Positions 35,627-44,830 of a stretch of 64,000 nucleotides of DNA are shown in pieces. A program made the position numbers and the translations under genes. Within the stretch, counting starts at the first letter, position 1, and every line of letters begins with the position of its first letter. This DNA is from an uncultured Candidatus Saccharibacteria bacterium. GTDB taxonomy: Bacteria > Patescibacteriota > Minisyncoccia > Phycocordibacterales > UBA918. Below the pieces are notes generated by a model that was not told the origin of the DNA, searched no databases, and saw only the letters and a list, made by a program, of their open reading frames with translations. The stretch lies in contig CAYGJY010000002.1 in assembly GCA_964350645.1 (NCBI GenBank), positions 340,936-404,935 of the forward strand, written 5' to 3'.

Positions 35627-38600
35627 ATGGTCAAATGGATTACAGCAACTGAAATTACAGCTTGGGTTAAGCGTGATAGTCGGCGTGCTCAGGAAAAATT
35701 GCCAGAATTGGTCCGCAAGCTGATACAAGCAACCGCATCATCTATAGATAGAATAAACTTTCCGTGCGACGGTAGTGTTACTTCCGGTGGTTGGGATGGG
35801 CATTTGGAAACGAAAGCAAAGACACCCTTTTTCCCAAGCGGACTATCAAAATGGGAAATGGGAGTTGGGGAGTCGTGCGGAAATAAGGCAGACAGTGATT
35901 ATAAGAGCCGGACAGCAGATCCTTTGGATGCTGTACCAGCTGATACTGTCTATGTCCAGGTTTCACCTCAGCCGTGGATAGATCGTGATAATTGGGTGAA
36001 AGCAAAAAAGACTGAGGACATATGGAAAGACGTTCGTGCAATTGGTGCCGACGACCTTGAGTTGTGGCTAGAATCAGCACCTGCAGTAGCATTATGGCTA
36101 GCAAAGGAGATGAAGAAGATCGGCTCTGCAATAAGGGACATAGAAGCTTGGTGGGAATATTGGTCAACCATGACAAATCCCTTTCTCAGTGTCGATCTGG
36201 TTATTTCTGGAAGACAAGACGAGGTCAATGAAATTCATGGGTGGTATAGGAACGGTCCTAATATTTTTGAGATGCAAGGCGATGATGCGCAAGAACCGTT
36301 CGCATTTTTATATTCAGCTCTATCAAAGTTACCGGAAGAAGAATGTCAGAGAGCTTTTTCAAGGTGTGTAGTTGTGGAAACAATTGAGCAGTTACGAGAT
36401 TGCTACGAGTCATTTGTTCATCCTCTAATTATAGCTGTCCCAGCAGAATGCATTGAAGAGGCACATATGGCAGTAAACAAAGGCCATCACGTATTTGTGA
36501 GCGCAAACGCAATGGATCGCTACCGTTATGTGCATAAACTTTCAAGAGCAAAGCGTGAACCAATGCAAGAAGCTTTAGAAAAGTTGGGATTGTCAGAGGC
36601 AGACGCCACTCGTTGTATTCGTAATACAGGGAGAAGCATTCCAGTCATTCGGCGCCAGAGGTTTAAAGCTAGTAACAAGACGCCAGAATGGGCTAAACAA
36701 GAAAATTCAAAGTTTTTACTTCCGGCGTTGTTGGCAGGAGCGTGGACTGATGGACGAGAGGGTGACAAAGAGATGATGGAGGCATTGTCTGGCATGCCTT
36801 ACAGTAAGTTTTCAAAGAGCATAAAGCCATTAACTAAGGTTGAAGACTCTCCCTTAATCAAAGTTGGGCATGTATGGATGTTAAAGTCACCTTTGGATGC
36901 TTGGTTTCTTGCTGCACAGTATTTAGATCAAGACGATTTTACCAATTTTAGACGAGGATTAAGTGCAGTATTAACTGAAACTGATCCAAAGTATGATCTT
37001 CCTTCTAGTGAACGTTGGATGGCAGGTGTAAAAGGTAAAACTCCAAAATGTTCAAGATGGGTTAGGAGGGGGTTGGTAGAGTCGTTAGTTTTGCTCTCAG
37101 TGTATGGTGACAAAATCTCTGAAGAAATTAATTCACCAGAAGATTTTGCGTATTCGGTAGTAAAGGATCTTTTAGATGCGGCTAATACATGGGAGGCATG
37201 GGCTACGCTAAAAGATGTAATGCCACTGCTTGCAGAAGCTTCACCTGATGCATTTATAGATGTTCTTGATGAGAAGATTGATTCTGAAAAAGAAATTTTT
37301 GTTGAGTTGATGAAGGATGATGAAGATCGTTTTGGCTTTGGTGATTGTCGTCACTCAGGCTTGTTATGGGCTTTGGAAAGTATTGCGTGGGACCCAGAAT
37401 ACGTCACCGCCGCGTCAATGGCGCTTTTAAAGTTGGCTCAAATTGATCCTGGTGGAAGATGGTCTAACAGACCACTTGCTAGTCTTACAGACATTTTATT
37501 ACCAGCATTGCCTCAGACTTACGCGAACGCAAAGCAGCGTGTTAAGGTTTACAAAAAGATTATTAAAGAAGACGCCGTGATTGCATGGCAGCTGGCAAGT
37601 AGTCACATGGGTGGTGGTACAGTTTCACCATCGCATTCTTTCCAATGGAGAGATATGGGTGGTGATAGAGGCGCGTTACAGCAAGTGTCGAGTGAGGATT
37701 ACACTGAGTATTTGAAGTCAATGTTTCCTATTTGGGCAGATTTAGTTTGTGTAAACAACTCTACGGTATCAAGTGGCATAGAGGATTTTATTCGGTTACC
37801 CGAAGAAATTAGAAAAAGTCTTGTAAAGAAACTTGACCAGTTAGATAAGAAATCTTTCTCAATTGAGGAAAGGAAGGTTATTTTGCAACACTTGAGACAC
37901 ACTTTAAATTGGATTCTCAATTATGATAAGGAAGAAAATTATAAAAAACACGTTCCGGCACTTAGGAGAGCCTATAATTTGTTAACGCCAGAGGATCCAT
38001 TGGATCGAATTGATTGGTTATTTCAAGACGGTTGGCCAGATTTACCAGAAGCAACAAAAAGACATGATCAACAGGAACGCCTTGAGGAACTTCGGATAGA
38101 GGCGGCGAAAATGCTGCTTGAAGAGGTGTCACTTGGTGCTATTGGAAAGTATGGCTCCGGATTGAATTATCAAGCAGCTTTTGGGTCAGCTTTTGCCAAG
38201 GCTGAAGGGAAAAAACATGATCCGGGTATTGTTAGTGAATTTTCAAAGTACGTAAAAGAAAGTCCATGGTTATTGGTTGGTTATGCGATGGGTTTGTTTG
38301 ATTCTGGTGGACAAAAGGCTGTTTTGGGTCAAATTGAGGTAGTTGAAGCAGGTAAGCTAAAATCACAAGAAAAAATCATTGCGTCACTCTTAAGAGGATT
38401 GCCTGAGCAAAGTGACACATGGTCCATTGTGGAATCTTACGGCGATCGAGTTGGTAAAGAATATTGGCTTTTGGCTTCTGGATATACAAGAAGAGATGAT
38501 CAGAAAAAACATGATGCAGAGTATGCGGTTAAAAAGCTTATTGATGTCGGTAGGCCTGGGGTCGCGGTTCGTATAGCTGGAGATTCACATGGTTCTTTAC

Positions 38601-39424
38601 CAAGTGCACTTCTAAAGCAGGTCCTGTTAGAACTTCTTAACTTAAGTGTTGAAGACAAGAATATGATTGATGGATCAATGTTGGAGTTTTATTTATCAAA
38701 TATATTTGACCAACTGTACAAAAATGACGATCTCACTTTAGAAGAGATTGGAGCTTTGGAGTGGCCATATGCACAAATTTTTGACCACCATCACAAAAGG
38801 ACTAAATCCCCAATGGCTTTGCATCAAAATCTACAAAGCAACCCAGGTTTTTTTGTAGAGCTTTTGTCGTACTTATATAAAAAGGATGATGGTTCAAATT
38901 CTAAGCCGGACAATCTATCAAAAAAACAAGCTGAAAATATTGCAAAGAACGCATACGAAGTTCTCCATACTTGGAGTCTGGTGCCGGGTGTAAGTAGTAG
39001 TGGAGAGGTAGATAAAGAGGTTCTGCGCGAATGGGTCATTACAGCTAGAAAAATGGCCAAAGAGCAAAGTTATTTAAAGGGCTGTGATCTTAAGTTGGCT
39101 GAGATTCTATCTAAAATGCCACAAGATTCAGATGGTGTGTGGCCTCATGTCGCACTGCGTGATCTGCTTGAAGAAGTAAAAAGCTCGATACTTGATAAGC
39201 ACATTCCATTTGCTATCTACAATAGCCGAGGAGTGCGTTCAAAAAGTTTGACGGATGGAGGAAGTGAAGAAAGAAGGTTGGCAGATAAATATATGGCCTG
39301 GTCGAAGGAGTTAAGTGATAACTGGCCGCGTACTTCTAGGGTTCTAAAAAACCTCTCCACTATGTTTAGTAGAGATGCAGAAAGAGAAGACATTGATTCC
39401 CAACTTCACGACTTAGAGTACTAG
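35627..39424 (+). CDS. large (1265 aa) predominantly alpha-helical protein of unknown function, cargo of integrative element
   Basis: Long uninterrupted ORF. No Walker A, HEPN, or nuclease motif recognisable by eye. Cys-containing N-terminal about 150 aa (…INFPCDGSVTSGGWDGHLE…GESCGNKADSDYKSR…). Confidence 0.7.
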   Translation: MVKWITATEITAWVKRDSRRAQEKLPELVRKLIQATASSIDRINFPCDGSVTSGGWDGHLETKAKTPFFPSGLSKWEMGVGESCGNKADSDYKSRTADPLDAVPADTVYVQVSPQPWIDRDNWVKAKKTEDIWKDVRAIGADDLELWLESAPAVALWLAKEMKKIGSAIRDIEAWWEYWSTMTNPFLSVDLVISGRQDEVNEIHGWYRNGPNIFEMQGDDAQEPFAFLYSALSKLPEEECQRAFSRCVVVETIEQLRDCYESFVHPLIIAVPAECIEEAHMAVNKGHHVFVSANAMDRYRYVHKLSRAKREPMQEALEKLGLSEADATRCIRNTGRSIPVIRRQRFKASNKTPEWAKQENSKFLLPALLAGAWTDGREGDKEMMEALSGMPYSKFSKSIKPLTKVEDSPLIKVGHVWMLKSPLDAWFLAAQYLDQDDFTNFRRGLSAVLTETDPKYDLPSSERWMAGVKGKTPKCSRWVRRGLVESLVLLSVYGDKISEEINSPEDFAYSVVKDLLDAANTWEAWATLKDVMPLLAEASPDAFIDVLDEKIDSEKEIFVELMKDDEDRFGFGDCRHSGLLWALESIAWDPEYVTAASMALLKLAQIDPGGRWSNRPLASLTDILLPALPQTYANAKQRVKVYKKIIKEDAVIAWQLASSHMGGGTVSPSHSFQWRDMGGDRGALQQVSSEDYTEYLKSMFPIWADLVCVNNSTVSSGIEDFIRLPEEIRKSLVKKLDQLDKKSFSIEERKVILQHLRHTLNWILNYDKEENYKKHVPALRRAYNLLTPEDPLDRIDWLFQDGWPDLPEATKRHDQQERLEELRIEAAKMLLEEVSLGAIGKYGSGLNYQAAFGSAFAKAEGKKHDPGIVSEFSKYVKESPWLLVGYAMGLFDSGGQKAVLGQIEVVEAGKLKSQEKIIASLLRGLPEQSDTWSIVESYGDRVGKEYWLLASGYTRRDDQKKHDAEYAVKKLIDVGRPGVAVRIAGDSHGSLPSALLKQVLLELLNLSVEDKNMIDGSMLEFYLSNIFDQLYKNDDLTLEEIGALEWPYAQIFDHHHKRTKSPMALHQNLQSNPGFFVELLSYLYKKDDGSNSKPDNLSKKQAENIAKNAYEVLHTWSLVPGVSSSGEVDKEVLREWVITARKMAKEQSYLKGCDLKLAEILSKMPQDSDGVWPHVALRDLLEEVKSSILDKHIPFAIYNSRGVRSKSLTDGGSEERRLADKYMAWSKELSDNWPRTSRVLKNLSTMFSRDAEREDIDSQLHDLEY

Positions 39425-39481
39425 ATAATCTTGAAAGTATTACCTAATTTACCAAAAGTAAAAGAGAAGGCATCAAATCTC

Positions 39482-40102
39482 TTAATAAACATTACGAAAT
39501 TCGTAGTAGCCATAACCAAGAATCTCTTTATTGAATACTACAACACCGTGTACACAGCCTGTTACAGCAGGGTAAAAAGTAAATGACGCTATATCTTCGG
39601 TAGGGTTGTTAATTGGTTGATTCTCAAGAATGCGTATGAGTGTGCTTACAAATGATAGCCATGATTCGTCATTTTTAAAATGCTCAGCGCTGATACCGTT
39701 ATTCCCTGTAGCTTCAAGTATTTCAACACGAAGTTTTTTCATATAGGCGAAATCCATCGATGGTGACTCTGTAGATACAGCCGCAGGATTTTCGATTTGT
39801 TTTTTTGCATCCAAATATATTTCAGACATCATTTGTCGCATGTTTTCAGTGACTCGGTCTTTTTCTGTATGTACCGTCCAGTCACAGTAAAATCTCAAAA
39901 GTGTGTGAGATCCTGTTTTCCAATGGTCACTTTTATGGTCCAGTATCTTTCTCATTTGAACCATGAAGTAAACAACTTCTTTCTCCGAACTGATACAAGG
40001 TATTTCGCCCAGTATTTCATTCAGCTTATGTACTATTTCTAGCTCTGCCATTTGTAGATTAAAGCATAAAAAGAATAGTTGCAGTAGTTTTGACCAAAAC
40101 AC
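39482..40102 (-). CDS. hypothetical protein (element cargo)
   Basis: 206-aa ORF on the opposite strand. An alternative ATG (MAELEIV…) lies at 40048. Confidence 0.5.
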   Translation of the reverse strand: MFWSKLLQLFFLCFNLQMAELEIVHKLNEILGEIPCISSEKEVVYFMVQMRKILDHKSDHWKTGSHTLLRFYCDWTVHTEKDRVTENMRQMMSEIYLDAKKQIENPAAVSTESPSMDFAYMKKLRVEILEATGNNGISAEHFKNDESWLSFVSTLIRILENQPINNPTEDIASFTFYPAVTGCVHGVVVFNKEILGYGYYEFRNVY

Positions 40103-40156
40103 AGCTATATGAGTACAATAGCTTTGAATCTTTGATTCTTATCAAAAATCAAACTT

Positions 40157-40426
40157 ATGGCACGAGGAGGCAAAAGACCAGGCGCCGGTCGTAAAAAAGG
40201 ATATGCAGCAAAGACCGCCGAAGAGACACGGAAAGTTATTGCTGAACTTGTTTCAAAAGATATTACCCCAATCACCAAGGCTTTAATTAAAAAAGCTAAA
40301 CAGGGTGATGTTCGCGCCTCTAGTCTATTGTTTGACAGAGCTTTTGGTAAGCAAACAAATGAACCTAAAAATCAGACCTTTTCTTTTAATGTAGCTGAAA
40401 TGAGGGAGAGGTATAAGCCTGATTAA
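40157..40426 (+). CDS. small basic putative DNA-binding protein with AT-hook-like N-terminus (MARGGKRPGAGRKKG…)
   Basis: 89 aa. The G-R-P/K-rich N-terminus resembles an AT-hook or phage small DNA-binding protein. Confidence 0.45.
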   Translation: MARGGKRPGAGRKKGYAAKTAEETRKVIAELVSKDITPITKALIKKAKQGDVRASSLLFDRAFGKQTNEPKNQTFSFNVAEMRERYKPD

Positions 40427-40641
40427 AAATTAAGACACCTTAGTGATTTTACTGAATTTGAAGAGCTATATTCATCACAAAATCGAGCTTGGTAGTATGT
40501 TTCTTCCCAATATCTGCTTTCGGTAGTATCAATTGTTTTGTAACTGATTCCTTGAAGTTCTATTATTAAAATTGTCAGTAGTATCAGAATGCCTAATTTG
40601 AACCAGTTTCTACTAATGAAAGATAAGATTTGTTTTTTCAT
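40423..40641 (-). CDS. small hypothetical membrane/secreted protein
   Basis: 72 aa with an N-terminal hydrophobic helix. AT-rich. Confidence 0.3.
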   Translation of the reverse strand: MKKQILSFISRNWFKLGILILLTILIIELQGISYKTIDTTESRYWEETYYQARFCDEYSSSNSVKSLRCLNF

Positions 40642-40903
40642 GTGTATTAATTATTGGGATATACAAAAAGCCCACTGCTAAAAGGTAGGACGTGAGTCCA
40701 CATGATCAGTTTCCCAAACATGACACAGAACGTGACCCCGTTAACAGCGGGTTCTTTATCGTTCTGTGGTTAACTTATTCGCACCATATCGCCAGCGAAC
40801 TGTCGGGTTAGGTGACTATATTGTTTAAGTAGTATTACACTGGCGTTTCCTGATTGCAATGTTTTTTAATCAGCATAAGATTAGTTTCTAAATGTAGATG
40901 TAA

Positions 40904-41650
40904 ATGAATATCAAGGCGCTTTTACAGAGAATACCCGTAGATTCCAGAATTCGTGAGATAACCAAAAACTATCGCGAAGCTATTGGTGTGCCGCTTGGCG
41001 GCTTTGATTCGTATGAAGATTGGGAATCTTGGTCAGTTAAGGTTGCTAATAAAAAACGGGGACTCAATTTCAATCAATATTTTAGGGAGATTAAAAAAAT
41101 TGTTCCCTACAAAGGAGTGGTTAGCAACAATGCTTTCAAGGGAGTGATATTGGATTTTTATTACATAAAGAATTTTGATGTGGAAGATCAATACCAAAAA
41201 TATCGCTTTGATTTATTTGGTGTAGGTTTAATCCTGAATAAAAAGACTGATGGTTTGAATCTAACTAAAGGAAAGGGACTTGAGGATGGAGTTTACATAC
41301 GAATCCCAAGTAACATTGACCCGAGCGAACTAAAAAAATTTGTGACAGAAAAGAAGGAAGTAATACGGTCCGTTCAGATGTTTTTTAATGAGAACAAAAA
41401 AATTGCTTCACCAAAACTAACGTATTTGAGTGGTCTTGAGCGAGATGAAATAATTTCAGCACTTTATGATTACTCACTAAAGGAGCTGGAAGAAATGACT
41501 GGTTTACCTAGAGAGGGATTAAATAGAGATGATTACACTGCTCTAGTTGTAGAGAAGTACCTTGGATTTAGTCCCACAAGTGGAGCGGCAGTTTTGCAGG
41601 CCAAAAAAAGGTTTCGTAGAAAAGAAAAAGGTCTTTGGGGGGACTACTAA
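40904..41650 (+). CDS. hypothetical protein (element cargo)
   Basis: 248-aa ORF, no motif recognised. Confidence 0.5.
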   Translation: MNIKALLQRIPVDSRIREITKNYREAIGVPLGGFDSYEDWESWSVKVANKKRGLNFNQYFREIKKIVPYKGVVSNNAFKGVILDFYYIKNFDVEDQYQKYRFDLFGVGLILNKKTDGLNLTKGKGLEDGVYIRIPSNIDPSELKKFVTEKKEVIRSVQMFFNENKKIASPKLTYLSGLERDEIISALYDYSLKELEEMTGLPREGLNRDDYTALVVEKYLGFSPTSGAAVLQAKKRFRRKEKGLWGDY

Positions 41651-41707
41651 CAAGTAGTTTATTTGTCCTCCTACTTTGAATGTCCAACTCTACATAGACT
41701 GTAGTTA

Positions 41708-41953
41708 ATGCTGTCGTATAAAGATGAAAATGTATATCAGACTTCTGATTTTGCAGAAGCTATCACTTTAAAATATTTTAGTCATCAAATTAAATTTGTT
41801 GACCGAAGTGAAAAACGGGCTGTTTTTCACTTTTTTCGCAAGGACAATACCCAAGAAGTTTTATCGGCATTTAGAGAGCGCGGTTTGAAGGTCGAGCCTT
41901 TTGCTTTTTACCAATGTGAACGTGAGGTTAAGTCTCGTCTTTATAACGGCTGA
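41708..41953 (+). CDS. hypothetical protein (element cargo)
   Basis: 81-aa ORF. Confidence 0.4.
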   Translation: MLSYKDENVYQTSDFAEAITLKYFSHQIKFVDRSEKRAVFHFFRKDNTQEVLSAFRERGLKVEPFAFYQCEREVKSRLYNG

Positions 41954-41954
41954 T

Positions 41955-42134
41955 ATGGAACTTCCGGAAGAACACATGAAAGAGTTTATCGCTCTATATA
42001 AAAAACACTACGGGGTGGTGCTTAGTCGTGATGAGGCGATACGAAAAGGTAAACAGTTAATGAGATTTGTTGAGATGGTTGAGTTCTCAAGCGATGATGT
42101 AAATGAAAATGACTATGACGTATTTACCCAGTAA
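41955..42134 (+). CDS. hypothetical small protein (element cargo)
   Basis: ATG at 41955 (MELPEEHMKEF…) 2 nt after the previous stop. The track ORF 41901 is N-extended. Confidence 0.3.
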   Translation: MELPEEHMKEFIALYKKHYGVVLSRDEAIRKGKQLMRFVEMVEFSSDDVNENDYDVFTQ

Positions 42135-42936
42135 GGAAATATATTTTAATACTGTACCTCATTACATTAAAGAGGATTTTTATGACGCTTCTAAACCACT
42201 TAATACACCAGAATTTAATTTAATAAACCATTTGAGAGTGGTAGCTAATAAGTTCGGGTACGTCCAAGTTACAGCCGATCAGCTAAGGGGTGACGTTTTT
42301 AGTAATCGGATCAAGAGGTGTAGGGTAAATGATTTACTCTTATCTATACGTAACCAGCAGTATATATGGTACGCAGACAGGAAGGGAAACGGAGGTACTT
42401 TTATAATCCAAAATAACTACTGGCTTGTGGCTGAAGGTATTTGGTATGTCGTTGATGATTCTGCTTGGCATAAAAACGGAGGTAGTGGTTTATGTAGACA
42501 GTTACCCAAAAAGGAGGATGTAATGGAGCTGAAAAATCAAAAACGGATGTTTAGAGAAGGTAATCAGATTGATAGTAAGGGCTATTTTGAACAAAAAGCA
42601 GATGCAGAAAACGGAAGTTCTTATACAGATAACGATACTAATAAAATTTACGATCGTACGAATAAGAAGAAAACTAAGACTAAAGACTTCATTCCTAACT
42701 CAAGTATTGATGATCAGCTACAAAGAATCGCCAAAGAAATAGGCGAAGAGCATATGGGATTCGTATTTTTTATTTATGGTAAGCATGGGGAGGATGGTAT
42801 TTTGATTATGGACAAAATTGCCAGAGATCTACGAGACAAGCAGGGGATAAAGAATAAAGGTGCGTATTTTAATAGTGAGGTGATTAGGGAGCTGCAAACT
42901 GATATCGCCATCCCGGTAGAAAAAGGTAGAATGTAA
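42103..42936 (+). CDS. hypothetical protein (element cargo)
   Basis: 277-aa ORF ending 7 nt before the recombinase gene. Confidence 0.5.
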   Translation: MKMTMTYLPSKEIYFNTVPHYIKEDFYDASKPLNTPEFNLINHLRVVANKFGYVQVTADQLRGDVFSNRIKRCRVNDLLLSIRNQQYIWYADRKGNGGTFIIQNNYWLVAEGIWYVVDDSAWHKNGGSGLCRQLPKKEDVMELKNQKRMFREGNQIDSKGYFEQKADAENGSSYTDNDTNKIYDRTNKKKTKTKDFIPNSSIDDQLQRIAKEIGEEHMGFVFFIYGKHGEDGILIMDKIARDLRDKQGIKNKGAYFNSEVIRELQTDIAIPVEKGRM

Positions 42937-42942
42937 TTAAGT

Positions 42943-44718
42943 ATGTCGTTTCAAGATAGATACAAAGCAAATAAATATTTTCTCTACATACGAAGGTCCC
43001 AAGATGCTGAGGATCGTCAGATGGCGTCACTTGAGGATCAAGAATCTGAAATGCTTTCAATAGCAGATCGTCTTGGACTTGATATTGTCGATACAATTAA
43101 GGAGTCACAATCAGCAAAGAAGCCAGGACGACCGAAATTTAATGAGATGCTTGCTCGCATCCATTCCGGTGAAGCAGATGGAATTCTGTGCTGGAAGATT
43201 AATCGTCTGGCTCGTAATCCAGTTGATGGTGGACAAATCTCTTGGTTATTACAGCAGGAGATTATTAAGCATATACAGACGTATTCGAGAGACTACCAGC
43301 CGACTGACAATGTGATTATGATGGCGGTTGAGCTTGGAATGGCTAATCAGTTTGTTAATGACCTCAGTGTTGATGTAAAGCGTGGAATGAGAAATAAAGC
43401 AGAGCGTGGTTGGAATCCTCAAAGACTATTGCCATCAGGTTACAAACACAATAAGGGATATGAAAAAGGTGAAGCTGAGATACTGAGTACCGATAAGTTG
43501 CCGATAGTTAAAAAACTTTTTACCGATATGCTGACTGGATCGTATTCACCAGCAGATATTCAAAGACTTAGTCAGACATACGGTTTAATGAATAAGTTTG
43601 GAAGACCACTAGCACTTCAAACGATACATAATATGCTCAGTAGTGAGTTTTACTGTGGTTACTACTACTGGAAGGGTCCAGATGGCTCTGAAGTGCGCTA
43701 TAAAGGCAAGCATGAGGTTATTTTGAGTGAAGATGAGTTCAATCAAGTCCAACGCCTTCTAGGTAAAAAAGGAAGGCCTACAAGAGTCAATAAATTAGAC
43801 TTTGCTTTTAGAGGTCCTTTGAACTGCGGAGAGTGTGGATATGCAGTAACAGCCGAAGATAAGGTTAGGACTTTGTGTACTGGATGTCGTTGTAAATTCT
43901 CCTGCAAGACCCAAACAGCATGTCCTAAGTGTGGTTTAGATATTTCAGAAATGAAGAATCCAAAGATTTATCATAATGTGTATTATCACTGTACGAAAAA
44001 GCGTAAAGACATAAAGTGTACTCAGAGTGTTATTGATGAAAAAGTACTGAAGAAACAAGTGTACTCAAAGTTGGGTGAAGTTGAGATTGATAAAGATTTC
44101 TATAATTGGGCTGTTGCAGCTTTAAAACATACTCATGGTGATGAGATGGAGACTCAAAGTGACATTTTGAAACATCTCAATGATCGCTCTGTTTCTATTC
44201 AGGCACGTATTGATAAATTGGTACTAATGAGGGCTGATGGTGAGATTTCTAGTGACCAGCTTGCTCGAATGACTGCTGAAGCAGAAAAGGATCTTAAGGA
44301 GGTTGAGAAGGAGCAGAAGCGTTTGCATGCAAGAATGACGGAGTGGTCCAGTACCGCAGATAAATACCTCACTTTTGCAGATAGGGTACGAAGAAAGTTC
44401 AATAAAGCTTCAAATGAGGAAAAGCGAGAGATGCTAGTGATGTTAGGTTCGACACTCGAAATTACTGATAAAAAATTCAATGTTATAGTCGCGAATGAGC
44501 TTTTAGGTTTCAAAAATGTATCTGTGAAGATAGGCAAGAGATTAGGTAGGTTCGACAATCAAAAAGCCCTTGATATACAAGGACTTTCTGACCAAAAACG
44601 CATGGTTTTTGACGAACTGTGCGCCGGGTTGGATTCGAACCAACGTAGGATAAATCCGACAGGTTTACAGCCTGTTGCAATTGACCACTCTGCCACCGAC
44701 GCGTCTATAAAATTGTGA
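42943..44718 (+). CDS. large serine recombinase (resolvase-domain integrase with recombinase domain, zinc ribbon and coiled-coil)
   Basis: N-terminal resolvase catalytic domain (YIRRSQDAED…GILCWKINRLARN). Cys-rich zinc beta-ribbon (CGECGY…CTGCRCKFSC…CPKCG). C-terminal coiled-coil. The last about 33 codons are antisense to tRNA-Tyr. Confidence 0.8.
   Translation: MSFQDRYKANKYFLYIRRSQDAEDRQMASLEDQESEMLSIADRLGLDIVDTIKESQSAKKPGRPKFNEMLARIHSGEADGILCWKINRLARNPVDGGQISWLLQQEIIKHIQTYSRDYQPTDNVIMMAVELGMANQFVNDLSVDVKRGMRNKAERGWNPQRLLPSGYKHNKGYEKGEAEILSTDKLPIVKKLFTDMLTGSYSPADIQRLSQTYGLMNKFGRPLALQTIHNMLSSEFYCGYYYWKGPDGSEVRYKGKHEVILSEDEFNQVQRLLGKKGRPTRVNKLDFAFRGPLNCGECGYAVTAEDKVRTLCTGCRCKFSCKTQTACPKCGLDISEMKNPKIYHNVYYHCTKKRKDIKCTQSVIDEKVLKKQVYSKLGEVEIDKDFYNWAVAALKHTHGDEMETQSDILKHLNDRSVSIQARIDKLVLMRADGEISSDQLARMTAEAEKDLKEVEKEQKRLHARMTEWSSTADKYLTFADRVRRKFNKASNEEKREMLVMLGSTLEITDKKFNVIVANELLGFKNVSVKIGKRLGRFDNQKALDIQGLSDQKRMVFDELCAGLDSNQRRINPTGLQPVAIDHSATDASIKL
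44620..44702 (-). tRNA. tRNA-Tyr (anticodon GTA), type II
   Basis: Minus-strand GCGTCGG-TG-GCAGAGTGGTCAATTGC-A-ACAGG-CTGTAAA-CCTGT-[CGGATTTATCCTACG]-GTTGGTTCGAATCCAAC-CCGGCGC-A. Entirely inside the 3' end of the recombinase ORF on the opposite strand. Confidence 0.8.
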
Positions 44719-44830
44719 TAGTACAGGTGACCGGTACGTTAGTATCGGCCACCTGTACGGTGCTATAAACTACCATATCTTTTACAATCCGAAAAGTACG
44801 TCTGCCTGTGCTACTATTTTGGTATTACAT

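Larger units (their letters stand above)
34990..44702. mobile_element. putative integrative element (about 9.7 kb, AT-rich) bounded on the right by tRNA-Tyr and encoding a large serine recombinase; left boundary approximate
   Basis: Large serine recombinase gene directly abuts and overlaps the antisense of tRNA-Tyr. Interior is a run of orphan ORFs with lower GC (about 40-45% sampled) than the flanking clpB and hydrolase genes. Left end is placed just after the clpB terminator. Confidence 0.45.
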
